DNA from: Malacoraja senta | Lineage: Eukaryota | Direction: 5' to 3' | Assembly (NCBI GenBank): GCA_038087875.1 | Contig: CM075993.1 | Coordinates: 4,280,001-4,344,000 of the forward strand | DNA length: 64,000 nucleotides | Part shown: piece after piece, positions 34,151-46,501 of the stretch | How positions within the stretch are numbered: position 1 is the stretch's first letter | How the letters are laid out: each line of letters begins with the position of its first letter | Made by a program: the position numbers and the translations under genes | Notes under the pieces: model-generated | What the model was told of the DNA's origin: nothing | Database searches by the model: none | Seen by the model: the letters and a program-made list of their open reading frames with translations, nothing else

Positions 34151-37100
34151 TACTGATCAAATGTTTATGTATCAAATCGCGACGTGCGTGGTCTTCAACT
34201 TTTTTTTTATAACGTTAAAAAAAAACCAAAGTATAAAACACTAGGGGGGGGTGGCAGGATTCTGTAGAGAAGAGGAGAAGTGGTTATATTCAACATGTGA
34301 AATTCACAGGAGCTGACACTTAAAAAATAACCACCTCCCCCCGTCGTAGAAATGCAATTTCACATTCCTCCTCTCCAGAGATGCTGCCTGTCTTACTGCA
34401 GCGTTTTTTGTCTACGGTTTAAAACCAGCATCTGCAGTCCCTTCCTTCACATTTTGTTTGTGAAGATTGTTGCAAATTTTTGCTCAGCTAAAACCTGGGA
34501 GACTGATAAACAGGAACATGTTTTCATTTGGCTCAGATTCTTCCCTCCCCTCTCTCAATCTCACACCCTGCACCATCCCCCCCTTCCTAAAACTCCCTGA
34601 ATAGCATTTTCTGGCCCGTTTCATTCCCTTTGTGGCCGGCTCTCTCCCGCACTGAGTTTGTGCGTTCCTCGCCAGAGGGAATTGTTTACGCTTTGGAAGC
34701 CATGAATGGAGGCAGGCCGCGTGTGTTTTTCAAAGGGGGCCCCCTTTTTAATCGTAGGCCGGCCTCCACCATTCAACCGCACTTGAGACTCGCGATTTGG
34801 AAAACGCTTACAGTAGATTTCTTTATTTCCTTCCAACGACCCCCTCCCCGACGTCTCTCTCTCGCCCATTGAGATGTAAAATAACCGAATTCAGGAGTAA
34901 ATCGCGCGCCACCATGACCGGTTTTGACAGCCGAGTTGGCGGTGGGAGGGAGAGAATATTTAATAAACTCTCTTCCCCCGCCGCCGGTCATTTGTTGCGG
35001 AAACAGTGTTATGTTTTTCTTGTTGACATACGTTTTCAATCATTCTTGGAAGAAGGCGAGTTCACAGCCAGCTCTGCTTTGTGATTTGTCTCTAGACTTT
35101 CTAGAAGGGGGAAAAGACTTAATAGGAATCTGAGGGGTAGTTGAGGCTGGGATTATCTTCTTCACCCACAGGGTGGTGGGTGCCTGGAACAAGCTGCCAG
35201 AGGAGGTAGTTGAGGCTGGGATTATCCCAACCTTTGAGAAACAGTTAGACAGGTACATGGACAGGACAGGTTTGGAGGAATATGGACCAAACGCGGGCAG
35301 GCGGGACTAGTGTAGATGGGATATGTTCAAGAAGGAAAATCGAAGGTAGACAAAAGTGCTGGAGAAACTCAGTGGGTGCGGCAGCATCTATGGAGCGAAG
35401 GAAATAGGCAACGTTTCGGGCCGAAACCCTTTGTCTACCTTTGTAGCTGGGATATGTTGGCCGGTGTAGGCAAGTTGGGCTAAAGAGCCCGTTTCTGGTA
35501 TGACTTACCACTGTGAATCTGAAGAAGGGTCTCAACCCGAAACGTCACCCATTCCTTCGCTCCATAGATGCTGCCTCACCCGCTGAGTTTCTCCAGCATT
35601 TTTGTCTACCATCCACAGTGACTCTATGACTTTTAAAATCTTCAAACTATTTTTCCTGTTTCGGCACTGGCGCCAACAAATAATTATCCAACGAAATAAA
35701 CAAATCAATTTTGAAAACTCTCAGTGTGAAGAGAACACATAGAATGGGTGATCGATGGTCGGCATGAACTCGGTGGGCCGAAGGGCCTGTTTCCATCCTG
35801 TATCTCTGTAAGTTTAAAAAAATAGGTCAGGCAGCATCTGCGGAAAGAGAATCGAGTTAAGATTTGGGATTGAATACCCTTCTTCGAAGCAATTGTCGAA
35901 GCTATTAAACTGAAATAATTAAGATGAATTAATGGAAATAAGATTAAAGTGTGAATTTGAAGTGTGGCTTCCAAGGATTAGAGGATGTAAGGAGGGTTTG
36001 GCCTCAACTTGGATTGTTTTCTCTGGAAAGCCGGAGGTTGAAGGGAGACCTGATAGAAGTAGATAAAACCATGAGACACACAGATAGGGTAGACAGTCAG
36101 AACCTTTTCCCCCAGCGCGGAAATGTCGAAGACTAGAGGGCATAGCTTTAAGGTGAGAGGGGCAAAGTTTAGAGGGGAAATTGTGGGGTGAAGTTTTTTA
36201 CACAGAGGGTTGTGGGTATCTGGGTGGTGGTGGAGACAGATGTGAAAATTGGGTTTAAGAGGCTTTTAGACAGGTACATGGATATGCAGGGAATGGAGTG
36301 ATATGGATCATGTGCAGGCAGATGAGATTAGTTTATCCAGCACAGACATTGTGGGCCAAAGGGTCTATTGGGAGTGCTGTATCTTTACAAATGTTTTTAT
36401 TAAATTAGAGGAAACACATCTCATATTTCGCATGGGCACCTTACAACCCAGCGGTATGAGTATTGATTTCTCTAATTTCAAGTAACCCTTGCATTCCCTC
36501 TCTCTCCGTCCTTCCCCCACCCACCCGAGTCATCCTGCTAGTTCCACTGTTCGTACCCCTTTGTCATCACCTCCACAGACAACAATGGACCATTGTGGGC
36601 TCCTGGGTCATCGGTGCTGGGTCTGATTTGTTCTGCATCTTTTCATACCTCTAGTTTCCCTCTCCCCTGACTCTCAGTCCGAAGAAGGGTCATCGATCTG
36701 AAACATCACCTATTCCTTTTCTCCAGAGATACTGCCTGACCCGCTGAGTTCCTCCAGCATTTTGGGTCTCTCGTAAGAAACTTTGGGGTAAACCAGCATC
36801 CGCATTTCCTTCCTACACACTGAATCTTTCTATGTTTTACAGTATAAAATAAAGGATTAATCTGACTATTTGAATTAAGAAGTATTGAAATAATATCTGG
36901 TTTATTTATTTGTTGCTCAAGTTAAACACATATTTCCTGAAGTTGGTGGGCTGTTTATAAAAAGGTGTTTTACCGGTATGGTTAGGGTATTTAATGATCT
37001 AACTAATGGGGAAGTAACTACTTAGATGGTGTGCCCATGAATTATTCTGCACTGGTATAATTGACTCTTCAGAGGTGATCTGCCCTGGATTCAGATCAGT

Positions 37101-37910
37101 TCATATGAATTTTTTTTGTGGGATCAGCATTGTCCTGTTGGCCTGTAGCATCTTTTGCCGACTTAATGTAAATAACTTCTAACTTATTTATAATTGTACA
37201 TCCTAAACTATTTGTGGAATTTTCCAGCGGGAGGCCTTTTGGTAAACAAGCTGATGCGTAAAATTGCAGTAAATTGAGCAGGGAAGAGGCCATTCGGGCC
37301 TTTGTACCCATTCCATCTTTCAGTGAGATTATGGCTGAACTGTGACCTAATTCTGTATACCCGCCTGTTCCCCAATCCTTTCACACATTCAGTCATACAG
37401 CATGGAAACAGACCCTTCAGCCCAATTCGTACATGCTGATCCAGATGCCCCATCCAAGCCAGTCCCATTTCATAAATTCATGTGATAGGAGCAAAATTAG
37501 GCCATTCGGCCCATCACGTCCACTTTGCCATTCAATCATGGCAGATCTATCGTTTCCCTTTAATACTGCCTTCTCCCCATAATGCATGTCACCTGTATTA
37601 ATCAAGAACCTATCCAACTGTGCCTTAGAAATATGCATTGACTTACCCTCCACAGCCTTCTGTGGCAATGAATTCCACAGATTCACCACCCTCAGACTAA
37701 AGAAATTCCTCATCTCCTTCCTACAGGAACGTCCATTTATTCTGAGGCTTAGACCTCTGGTCCTAGACTCTTCCACTGGTGGAAACATCCTCTCCACATC
37801 CATTCTATCCAGGCCTTTCACTATATTGTAAGTTTCACTGAGGTCCACCCTCATCCTTCTAAACTCCAGCGAGTACAGGCCCAGTGCCGTGAAACACTCA
37901 TTATATGTTA

Positions 37911-38126
37911 AGGGCCGGTCCCACTTTCACGACCTAATTCACGACCTTTTTTACTCGTGGACATTTTTCATCAGGCTAGAAAAAACGCCCTAACCTACTT
38001 GATGCCACGAGTACCTACGACTAGCATCACGGCCTGCTACGACCTACCTACGACCTCATGGCGACCATGCTGCGAGTATGAGTCAAGGGCAAACTCGGCA
38101 GAGGTCGTGAAAGTGGGACGGGCCCT
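37911..38126. mobile_element. PIF/Harbinger-type MITE
   Basis: 25-bp TIR AGGGCCGGTCCCACTTTCACGACCT; TTA TSD on both sides; inserted in a CR1 fragment. Confidence 0.8.
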
Positions 38127-40220
38127 TTAATCTAATAATTCCTGGGTTCATTCACTATTCGGTAAGTAATCCCAGTAAATAATAATGGGGAAAACGTACA
38201 ATAGGTACGTTAGCTTGGGGAGTTAGTAATTCACTCTCTCTAGCCTTTTAAATAAGATCAAGGCTCATTCATAAGGTCCAGGTAGCCAATAAAATGGATG
38301 AGGAACAGCCCAAAGTGCAGTAATAAGTATTGACTGGAAAGTTAATCTGGTATGAATTTTAATTTTTCATTTGCATATTAGCAGTCACGATTTCAAATGA
38401 TGTGATGGTAATTAGATCAATTTAAATGTATTACGAGTGGAAATCATATACGAGAACAATTTTCTCAACAGGAACAGTGTGGCTGATTTTTTTCTAATTA
38501 GTTCTCCAGGGTTCATTTTAATCGCTACTTTCTGCAGATTGATGAGGACGGAGATTAGACATTAAATAATTGTGTGTGAACTTTTCATAAGAAATCATTG
38601 CGTGGGCAAGGTTATCTAAAAATTCGTCATATCCATATGTAATAACAAGGATAAAACCTATCCATCTGAAGAAGGGTCTCGACCTGAAATGTCACCTATT
38701 CCTTTTCTCCAGAGATGATGTCTGACCCCCTGAGTTACTCCAGCTTTTTGTGTCTATCTTCGGTTTAGACCAGCATCTGCAGTTCCTTCCTACACCGTAA
38801 CCTATCCATGTTCTCCAGAGATGCTGCCTGACGCGCTGAGTTACTCCAGCTCTTTGTGTCTTTTTTAGTTTTGTAAACCAGAATCTGCAGTTCCTTGTAT
38901 CTGTCTTCAGAGGCAGAGATAGACATGGAACCCATTGCAGTACAACTACTTTTGCTGATTCATGTATAGCTGATCTCTTCTCAACCAGGCTCAAACAGGC
39001 ACAAAGTGCTGGAGTAACTTAGCGGGTCAGACAGCATCTCTGGAGAAAAGGAATAGGTGATGTTTTGGGTTGAGACCCTTCTTCAGACAGAGTCAGGGGA
39101 GTGAGAAGCTAAAGGCATTGATATGAGTTTAGATCCTGAGTGTTGATGGGCTATTTTTCACTGGGGACAAGAATATTGGGGCATATCCTGATCTTGCTGA
39201 TTTTCCCACAGTTATTCCAGCACTTTTGTGTTTAACTCAAGAATTTCATTGACCCTCGTGCATATGACAATTAGATTCTCTTCACTTATTGACCATCCCG
39301 AAACTGTACGCTGACTCCACTTCCCAAATCCAGGAGGTCTAACAAGGAGGACAAATGGTACAGATCGATGGATGCACCCCAAATCCATGAGGTCTAAAGC
39401 AAGGTCAGATGGTGCAGGTGGAGGGAAGCCACCCCAGGCCGAAGGGGTCTAACTACAAGGACAGAAGAAGGGTTTCGGCCCGAAACGTTGCCTATCTCCT
39501 TCGCTCCATAGATGCTGCTGCACCCGCTGAGTTTCTCCAGCACTTTTGTGTAACTACAAGGACATGTGGAGGGTAGCCACCCCGAGTCAGTCTAACACCA
39601 AGATCAAGACGTCATAGGTGGAGGAATGTCACTCCAAGCCTGTAAATGGAGGGAAGCTCAAGGCCAGGTCTAACACCAAGCCCACAAAGTCTAACACCAA
39701 GTCTATGAGATCTAAAAGCAAGGACATGACATAAAGACTAAGAGGTCTAACAGCATGCCCATGAGGTCTAATACCAAGCCCAGGAGATCTAACACCAAGC
39801 CAGGAGGTCTAACAGTCAACCCAGGAAGTCTAACACTATGTCCATGAGGTCTCAAACCAACCTCTGGAAGTTTCACACCAGGTCCAGGAGGTTTAACATC
39901 ATGAGGTCTAACACCAAGACTAGGAGGTCCAACACCAAGTCCATAAAATCTAACACTGAAGAAGGGTCCGGACTCGAAACGTCACCCATTCCTTCTATCC
40001 AGAGACGCTGCCTGTCTCGCTGAGTTACTCTAGCTTTTTGTGTCTATCGTCGACTATGCCCATGAGGTCTAACATCAACCTCTGGCTGTTTAACACCAAG
40101 TCAATGAGGTTTAACACCATGAGGTCTAACACAATGAGCGTCTGACAGTAAGCCCATGAGGTCAAACACCAATTTCAAGAGGTCTAACATCCTGGGATCT
40201 AACACCATGTCCATTAAGTC

Positions 40221-40330
40221 TAAGCCCATGAGGTCTAAGCCCATGAGGTCTAAGCCCATGAGGTCTAAGCCCATGAGGTCTAAGCCCATGAGGTCTAAGC
40301 CCATGAGGTCTAAGCCCATGAGGTCTAAGC
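40221..40330. repeat. 15-bp tandem repeat, 7 perfect copies, with degenerate units back to ~39330
   Basis: Unit TAAGCCCATGAGGTC. Confidence 0.95.
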
Positions 40331-40332
40331 CA

Positions 40333-40514
40333 TGACGTCAAGCCCATGTCCAGGAGGTGGAGGGAGGAGCCAACACGTGCGGATCCACGGCATCGGGCGC
40401 CCCGCAGCCGCACATGCGCACTCGTACCACCGCTGCCACTTCCGCCCCGCTGGTGACGCGCCGCGCAGCCGGGACCCACCTGACTTCCGCCGGCCGCCCG
40501 GAAGTGGAGCTGCC
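40333..40514 (+). promoter_or_regulatory. FBXO22: FBXO22 CpG-rich housekeeping-type promoter
   Basis: CRE TGACGTCA 40333; E-box CACGTG 40374; NRF1-like GCACATGCGCA 40410; ETS sites (CACTTCCG ~40437, ACTTCCG ~40483, CCGGAAGTG 40498); GC box. Confidence 0.75.
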
Positions 40515-40630
40515 ATGGCCATGGACGTCGCCGAGCTGCGGAGCGGCGGGTCTGTGCTGAGCACCGTGGCCGAGGTGGTGGAGCAGATCCTCTTCTACCT
40601 GCCCACCAAGTCGCTGCAGAGAAGCGCCAG
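40515..40630 (+). CDS. FBXO22: FBXO22 exon 1 (MAMDVAELRSGGSVLSTVAEVVEQILFYLPTKSLQRSA, start of F-box)
   Basis: gccATGg Kozak; F-box-like EVVEQILFYLP; AG|gtaact donor. Confidence 0.92.
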
Positions 40631-40685
40631 GTAACTAACTCCAGGGGCTCCGGGCCCTTCTGGCCCGGCTCCCCGCCACAGGCCT

Positions 40686-41552
40686 CATCCCCCTAGCAAC
40701 CGCTCCCCCAAATCCCCTAGCAACCGGTCTCCATCCCCCTAGCAACCGCTCCCCCAAATCCCCCATCCCCCTAGCAACCGCTCCCCCAAATCCCCCTGGC
40801 AACCGCTCCCCCAAATCCCCCATCCCCCTGGCAACCACTCCCCCAAATCCCCCTAGCAACCGCTCCCCCAAATCCCCCATCCCCCTAGCAACCGCTCCCC
40901 CAAATCCCCCTAGCAACCGCTCCCCCAAATCCCCCTAGCAACCGCTCCCCCAAATCCCCCTAGCAACCGCTCCCCCAAATCCCCTAGCAACCGGTCTCCA
41001 TCCCCCTAGCAACTGCTCCCCCAATACCCCCATTCCCCTAGCAACCGCTCCCCCAAATCCCCTAGCAACTGATCCCCCAAATCCCCCATCCCCCTAGCAA
41101 CCGCTCCCCCAAATCCCCCATCCCCTAGCAACCGGCCTCCATCCCCCTAGCAACCGCTCCCCCAAATCCCCCTAGCAACCGGTCTCCATCACCTAGCAAT
41201 TGATCCCCCATCCCCCTGGCAACCGCTCCCCCAAATCCCCCTAGCAACCGGTTTCCATCCCCCTAGCAACCGCTCCCTCATCCCCCTGGCAAATGCTCCC
41301 CCATCCACTAACATCCGGTCTCCATCCCCCTAGCAACCGCTCCCCCAAATCCCCCATCCCCCTGGCAACCGCTCCCCCATCCCCTAGCAACCGGTCTCCA
41401 TCCTGGTACCCCATCCCTTAGCAACCGCTCCCCCCCATTTCCCCTAGAAACTGCTCCCCCAAATCCCCCATCCCCTTAGCAACCGGTCCCCCCATCCCTA
41501 AACAACCGCTCCCATCCCCCTGGCAACCGGTCTGCAACCCCTTAGCAACCGA
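40686..41552. repeat. C-rich minisatellite in FBXO22 intron 1
   Basis: Variable 19-31 bp units built on CCCCTAGCAACCGCTCCCCCAAAT; about 29 cores by eye. Confidence 0.92.
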
Positions 41553-41796
41553 TGTTCCCATCCCACTGGCACCCGGTCCCCCCCATCCCCTGTCAACAGA
41601 TCCATCGTTCCCCAGCAATCAGTGCCCCCCCCCCCCATACCCTTGAAAACCAGCCCCCCCCCTCCTCCCATCCCTGAGTAACTGGTCACCCATGCCCCTC
41701 ACATACAATCCTTCATGACCCAACAAGCGGTCTTCCCCACTTGCTAGTAAACCATGCCATCACTTCTTGCCCTATGTTTGCCGCTTTGTGCCTCAG

Positions 41797-41941
41797 TGTG
41801 TGCAGGCTGTGGAGTGACTGTGCGCGAAGGGTCTTGAGGAGACACCGAAGACTGTCGTGGATCACGACCAAAGGCCATGCTTACGCAGACGGGGAACATG
41901 GACAACACTTTCTGGTGAACAAAATGATCGAGGAACTGGAG
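41797..41941 (+). CDS. FBXO22: FBXO22 exon 2 (SVCRLWSDCARRVLR...MIEELE)
   Basis: F-box end VCRLW; ctcag|, |gtaaat; 145 nt. Confidence 0.92.
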
Positions 41942-43061
41942 GTAAATGTTGCAAAAAATAAACTGATGGTGCTGGGAATCGGAAATTAAGAGAGAAGACA
42001 CTGAAAACGCTCAGCAGGTTGGGCAGAAGTAGAGGAAAGGGAAACAGAGGTAATGTTTCTGGTCACACATCTTTTGTCAGAACAAAGAAAGTGAAACAAG
42101 TTAAGTCAAGTTGCGGAGAGAATATTCGGGGCAGAGGAAAAAGATGATCATTGAGGCCAGGATTTGCCCAGGAGGTCTGGATGTTTATAGACTATAATCT
42201 GTTTAATAGATTAACCAGTCAGTTTTGTGAAAATTAGAAAGATAACAAATTAAAGCACATGTTGAAGCAATTAATTGTCAATTAGATCTGTCCCTGAAAC
42301 TAAAAGCAGAATGGCCAACTGGCCAGTGTGTGTGTAGAGCGAAACCCTGAGTTAATATTGCAGATGGATAATCTTGCATCAGAACTGGCCAGATCTGATT
42401 TAAAGAGAAATCTGATTTCTGCAGGGATCCTGATTGACCTGCTGAGTTACTCCAGCACTTTGTGTCTTTCCTTGGTAAAGCAGCAACTACAGTTCTGCAC
42501 CCTGGCCTCACGATATCAGCAATGTTCCTTTATACTATCCATCCATTCTTTATTCTCCATTTTCTCGTTAACTCTCTCAGTTTAGTTTAGTTTTAGTTTA
42601 GAGATGTAGAGAGGAAATGGGCCCTTCGGCCCACTGAGTCCACACCTACCAGCAATCCCCGTACACTAGCACTATCCTTCACACGAGGGACAATTTACAT
42701 TTTTTTAATACTAAATCCATTTAACATACAAGTCTGTACATCTCTGGAATGTGGGTGGAAACTGGAGCATCTGGGGAAAACCTACATGGTCACAATGAGA
42801 AAGTATAATCTCCGTACCGACAGTATCCGTAGTCAGGATTGAACCCAGGTCTCTGGCGCTGTAAGGCAGCAACTCTCCCTGCTGCCCCAACCACAACTGT
42901 TAACTATGTTTCTCATTCACAGATGCTGCCTGACTTTGTGTTGTTAACACTTGTTTTTATTGTAGATATCCAACATCTGTATTTTTTTTTTGATTTTCAA
43001 TATAAAAAATAATATTCTGGCTTGAGACCAAATCTGTAAACATTATCTTTATTTTGCACAG

Positions 43062-43146
43062 GAGGTATATGTACTGCCAGAGACAGTACTTTACATGGCT
43101 GGCACTGATACCTTCTGCGTACAGAGTTCCAGTAGATGGAGGAAAG
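43062..43146 (+). CDS. FBXO22: FBXO22 exon 3 (EVYVLPETVLYMAGTDTFCVQSSSRWRK)
   Basis: LP.TVLYMA motif; acag|, |gtaaac; 85 nt. Confidence 0.88.
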
Positions 43147-43249
43147 GTAAACATGTTTTAAAAATATCAACAGGGCATCGCTGTGAGGAGTTTATTATCT
43201 TTCTGCCTGGGAAAATAAGCTTGAATTCAGTTAAGCAGTACCAGTAGAT

Positions 43250-43668
43250 AGAAACATAGAAAATAGGTACAGGAGTAGGCCATTCGACCCTTTGAGCCTG
43301 CACCGCCATTCAATATGATCATGGCTGATCATCCAACTCAGTATCCTGTACCTGCCTTCTCTCCATACCCCCTGATCCCTTTAGCCACAAGGGCCACATC
43401 TAACTCCCTCTTAAATATAGCCAATGAACTGGCCTCAACTACCTTCTGTTGCAGAGAATTCCACAGATTCACCACTCTCTGTGTAAAAAATGATTTTCTC
43501 ATCTCGGTCCTAAAAGACTTCCCCCTTATCCTTAAACTGTGACCCCTTGTTCTGGACTTCCCCAACATCGGGAATAATCTTCCTGCATCTAGCTGTCCAA
43601 CCCCTTAAGAATTTTGTAAGTTTCTATAAGATCCCCCCTCAATCTTCTAAATTCTAGCGAGTACAAGC
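43250..43668 (-). mobile_element. CR1-type LINE 3' fragment
   Basis: ORF 43338..43568: SRTRGHSLRIRGKSFRTEMRKSFFTQRVVNLWNSL. Confidence 0.8.
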
Positions 43669-44781
43669 TAGAATTTATGTGTGGATTTGAAATAAATATC
43701 TTTTGAGTTCAGTGATTTTAGTTTCAGATACAGCGTGGAAACAGGCCCTTCGGCCCACTGAGTCCACGTTGACCATTGGTCACCTGTTCACACTAGTTCT
43801 ATGTTATCCCAATTTCACACCCTCTCCCTACACACGAGGAGCAATTTACAGAGGCCAATTACCTACAAACCTGCATGTCTTTGGGGTGTGAGAGGAAACT
43901 GAGCACCCAGAGGAAACCCACGAGGTTACAGCGAGAACGTGAAAACTCCATGCGGACAGCAACCCAAGGTCAGGACTGACCCCGGGTCTCTGGGCGCTGT
44001 GAGGCAGCAGCTCTTCCAGCTTTGCCACCTTTCATTTCGTTATAAGTTGCTTCTGCATTTTGAAGTCCACACCTGAGATATGTATGTTTTCAATGTACAT
44101 TAATTCTTGAGTCAATGTTCGCTTTCTATTCGGACTTTACTACAAAACATATAACTGTTACAGAAATTCTTTCATATTTAACCAAATTTTCTGTCAGCGG
44201 CAGGAAGATACAGCCTTTGATTCTGAGGGAACTTGCACTTGTTATAGTCCTGTTAAGACATGTGTTTTAATGGGAGTTTTTACACAGAGTGCCTGGAATG
44301 TGCTGCCAGGGGTGGTGGTAGAGGCAGATACAATAGTGGCATTTAGGAGACTTTTTGGTAGGCACATGGACATGCAGGGAATGGAGGGATATGGATTATA
44401 TGAAGGTAGATAAGAATTGGTCTTGGCATCATGCTTGGCACAGACATTGTGGACCTTGAGCCTGTTCTTCTGGTATACTGTTATATCCCGATGCTGTGTT
44501 CAGCTAGGCAGCAGTTTTGAGACCATTTTACAAATCTCCCCTCTTAAATTAAGATTTATTAAATTAAAATTGGTTTAGATTGAAACCATTTTCATGACAT
44601 TATATCTTTATTGTTGCTCATTTGATAAAAGTTTGTTTGCGGCAGCAGCCCAATATAAAACAGTCTAGCTGCCAATTGCTTTGTTGCCGTGCCACATGGT
44701 TGTTTATCATTTACTTATATGGATGTATATGTTTGGCCATTGTTAATCATTTTCTTTCTTTTTGTGATTTGACTTCCACAG

Positions 44782-44895
44782 AGCGAAGAGATGAATCTGC
44801 AATGAAAAGTAAAGATGCAGAAGTGGCCACAAAGTTTGAGAAACTTCTGCCAATGAATTGCAAATCATTGGGAATCAGTTGCCCTGGAATTGTCT
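44782..44895 (+). CDS. FBXO22: FBXO22 exon 4 (ERRDESAM...FEKLLPMNCKSLGISCPGIV)
   Basis: acag|, |gtaagt; 114 nt; phases consistent. Confidence 0.88.
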
Positions 44896-46501
44896 GTAAG
44901 TGGCTTCTCTTAGGAGTTCCTTGTAGCTTATGCAGTTGTTTGTAATATTAAATTGTGTTTAGGTTTAGGTTCTGTTATTGTCACGTGCACCGAGGTACAG
45001 TGAAAAACATTATTTTTCATGCTATCCAATCAAGTCAGATAATAGACACTAAATGCTGGGGTAACTCAGCGAGGCAGGCAGCATCTCTGGAGAGAAGGAA
45101 TGGGTGCCGTTTCGGGTCGAGACCCTTCTCAGACAGTCAGATAATAAATACTCTCCTTAGCTAGAGTACGGTCCTGACCTCTCATCTACCTCATTGAAAA
45201 CTTTTGAATTCTCTTTAATCAGACAGTATTGGACCTCAATGTTATGAATAGTCTATAGATGACCATAATTCTGGATGTAAAGGGAAAATAAAATTTGAAC
45301 TCTTGCGTAAATGGTGGTTGATGCATGAGGAATTAATTTTAAATCTGAGATCAACAAACTTTTGTTAACTGAAGTTTAAGAGGTATGGTGTATATGTGGA
45401 TCCATCATTTTAAGACACACATAGATCATGATGTTAATGAATAGTGTAAAAGCCAATATGACCTCAGACTCTTCATATATTCCGGATGTACATAGAAAGG
45501 TCACCTGTTCATTTGAAAGGTACTGAATTCTCACTGTTTCTTATTACACTCACACTTACGCAATGACAAATTCTTTGTATAAATGTCACAGTTTAATGTA
45601 ACGAGTTATGGACACAAAAGGTTGGAGTAACTCAGCGGGTCAGACTCCATCTCTGGAGAAAAGGAATAGGTGTCGTTTCGGGTTGAGACCCTACTTCAGA
45701 CTCCTACACTAATGTGATGACTTTGCAGGTTGTTCTTAACAGTTGTCTAACTGGCTCAGTTATTGTACTTGTGGAGGCATCGCAACAAAAGTCCCCAGTT
45801 TTTGCGTTTCATGGCAAATATTCCCCACCATTATCCCCCCTCTGCTCTCCCCACATCACCTGCAACATCTGTCAAGCAAAAAAAGAAGATATCACTTCGG
45901 CCTTTTCACTCTAACATTTTGCTAAACAAGACCATAAATGGAATGATTTGCATTCAGAAAGAACTTGTACTTCAGAACCGAATTGGTTTCACTTGATTCT
46001 CGGATCCAAAAAAGTACTGTGACTGAACAATATGGACGATGGCTTGTTCAGTTGTTGAGATTGTTTAGAAATCCCATCTTACATGGTTTGATTCCTTGTG
46101 CAATCTTTGTGCTTTCAGCCTGGATGTGAATTTCCGAAAGGTATTCTTTAGGAGAAAATGACTTGTGGAAAAAGAGGCCTCTGTGGTCTCAAATTGCTGC
46201 CAGGGCCCTAATGTTTTGAAAAGAGACTGCAGTTTGAATAGAGAGGTGTACATATGTTCAGAGAGTACCTGATTGTATTCCTGAGATTGGTAACATTTAA
46301 CTTTACAGTCTGTTTCTCTGACACTCTATCTTTCAGTAAATATAACCCCTCAGATCTGGTCTGCAATCTGAGGGGTTATATTTACTATCTTTTTGTCAAG
46401 TCGTTCAATTGAGTATCATTTCCCAAAAGAAGGAAACGGTGAAGCAGTAATAATCCATCTTGTAGAATTTCTCTTAAGATATCTTCAAAAATTAACTTTT
46501 T

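Noticed and set aside
19953..40300. GLI binding sites around the GAS1-like gene
   Set aside because: No exact GACCACCCA/TGGGTGGTC seen by eye; near-matches lie in repeats; a PWM scan is needed
40101..40928. Repetitive ORFs (MGLDL)n, (GLRPH)n, (ARGMGDLGERL)n
   Set aside because: Translations of the 15-bp repeat and the intron-1 minisatellite
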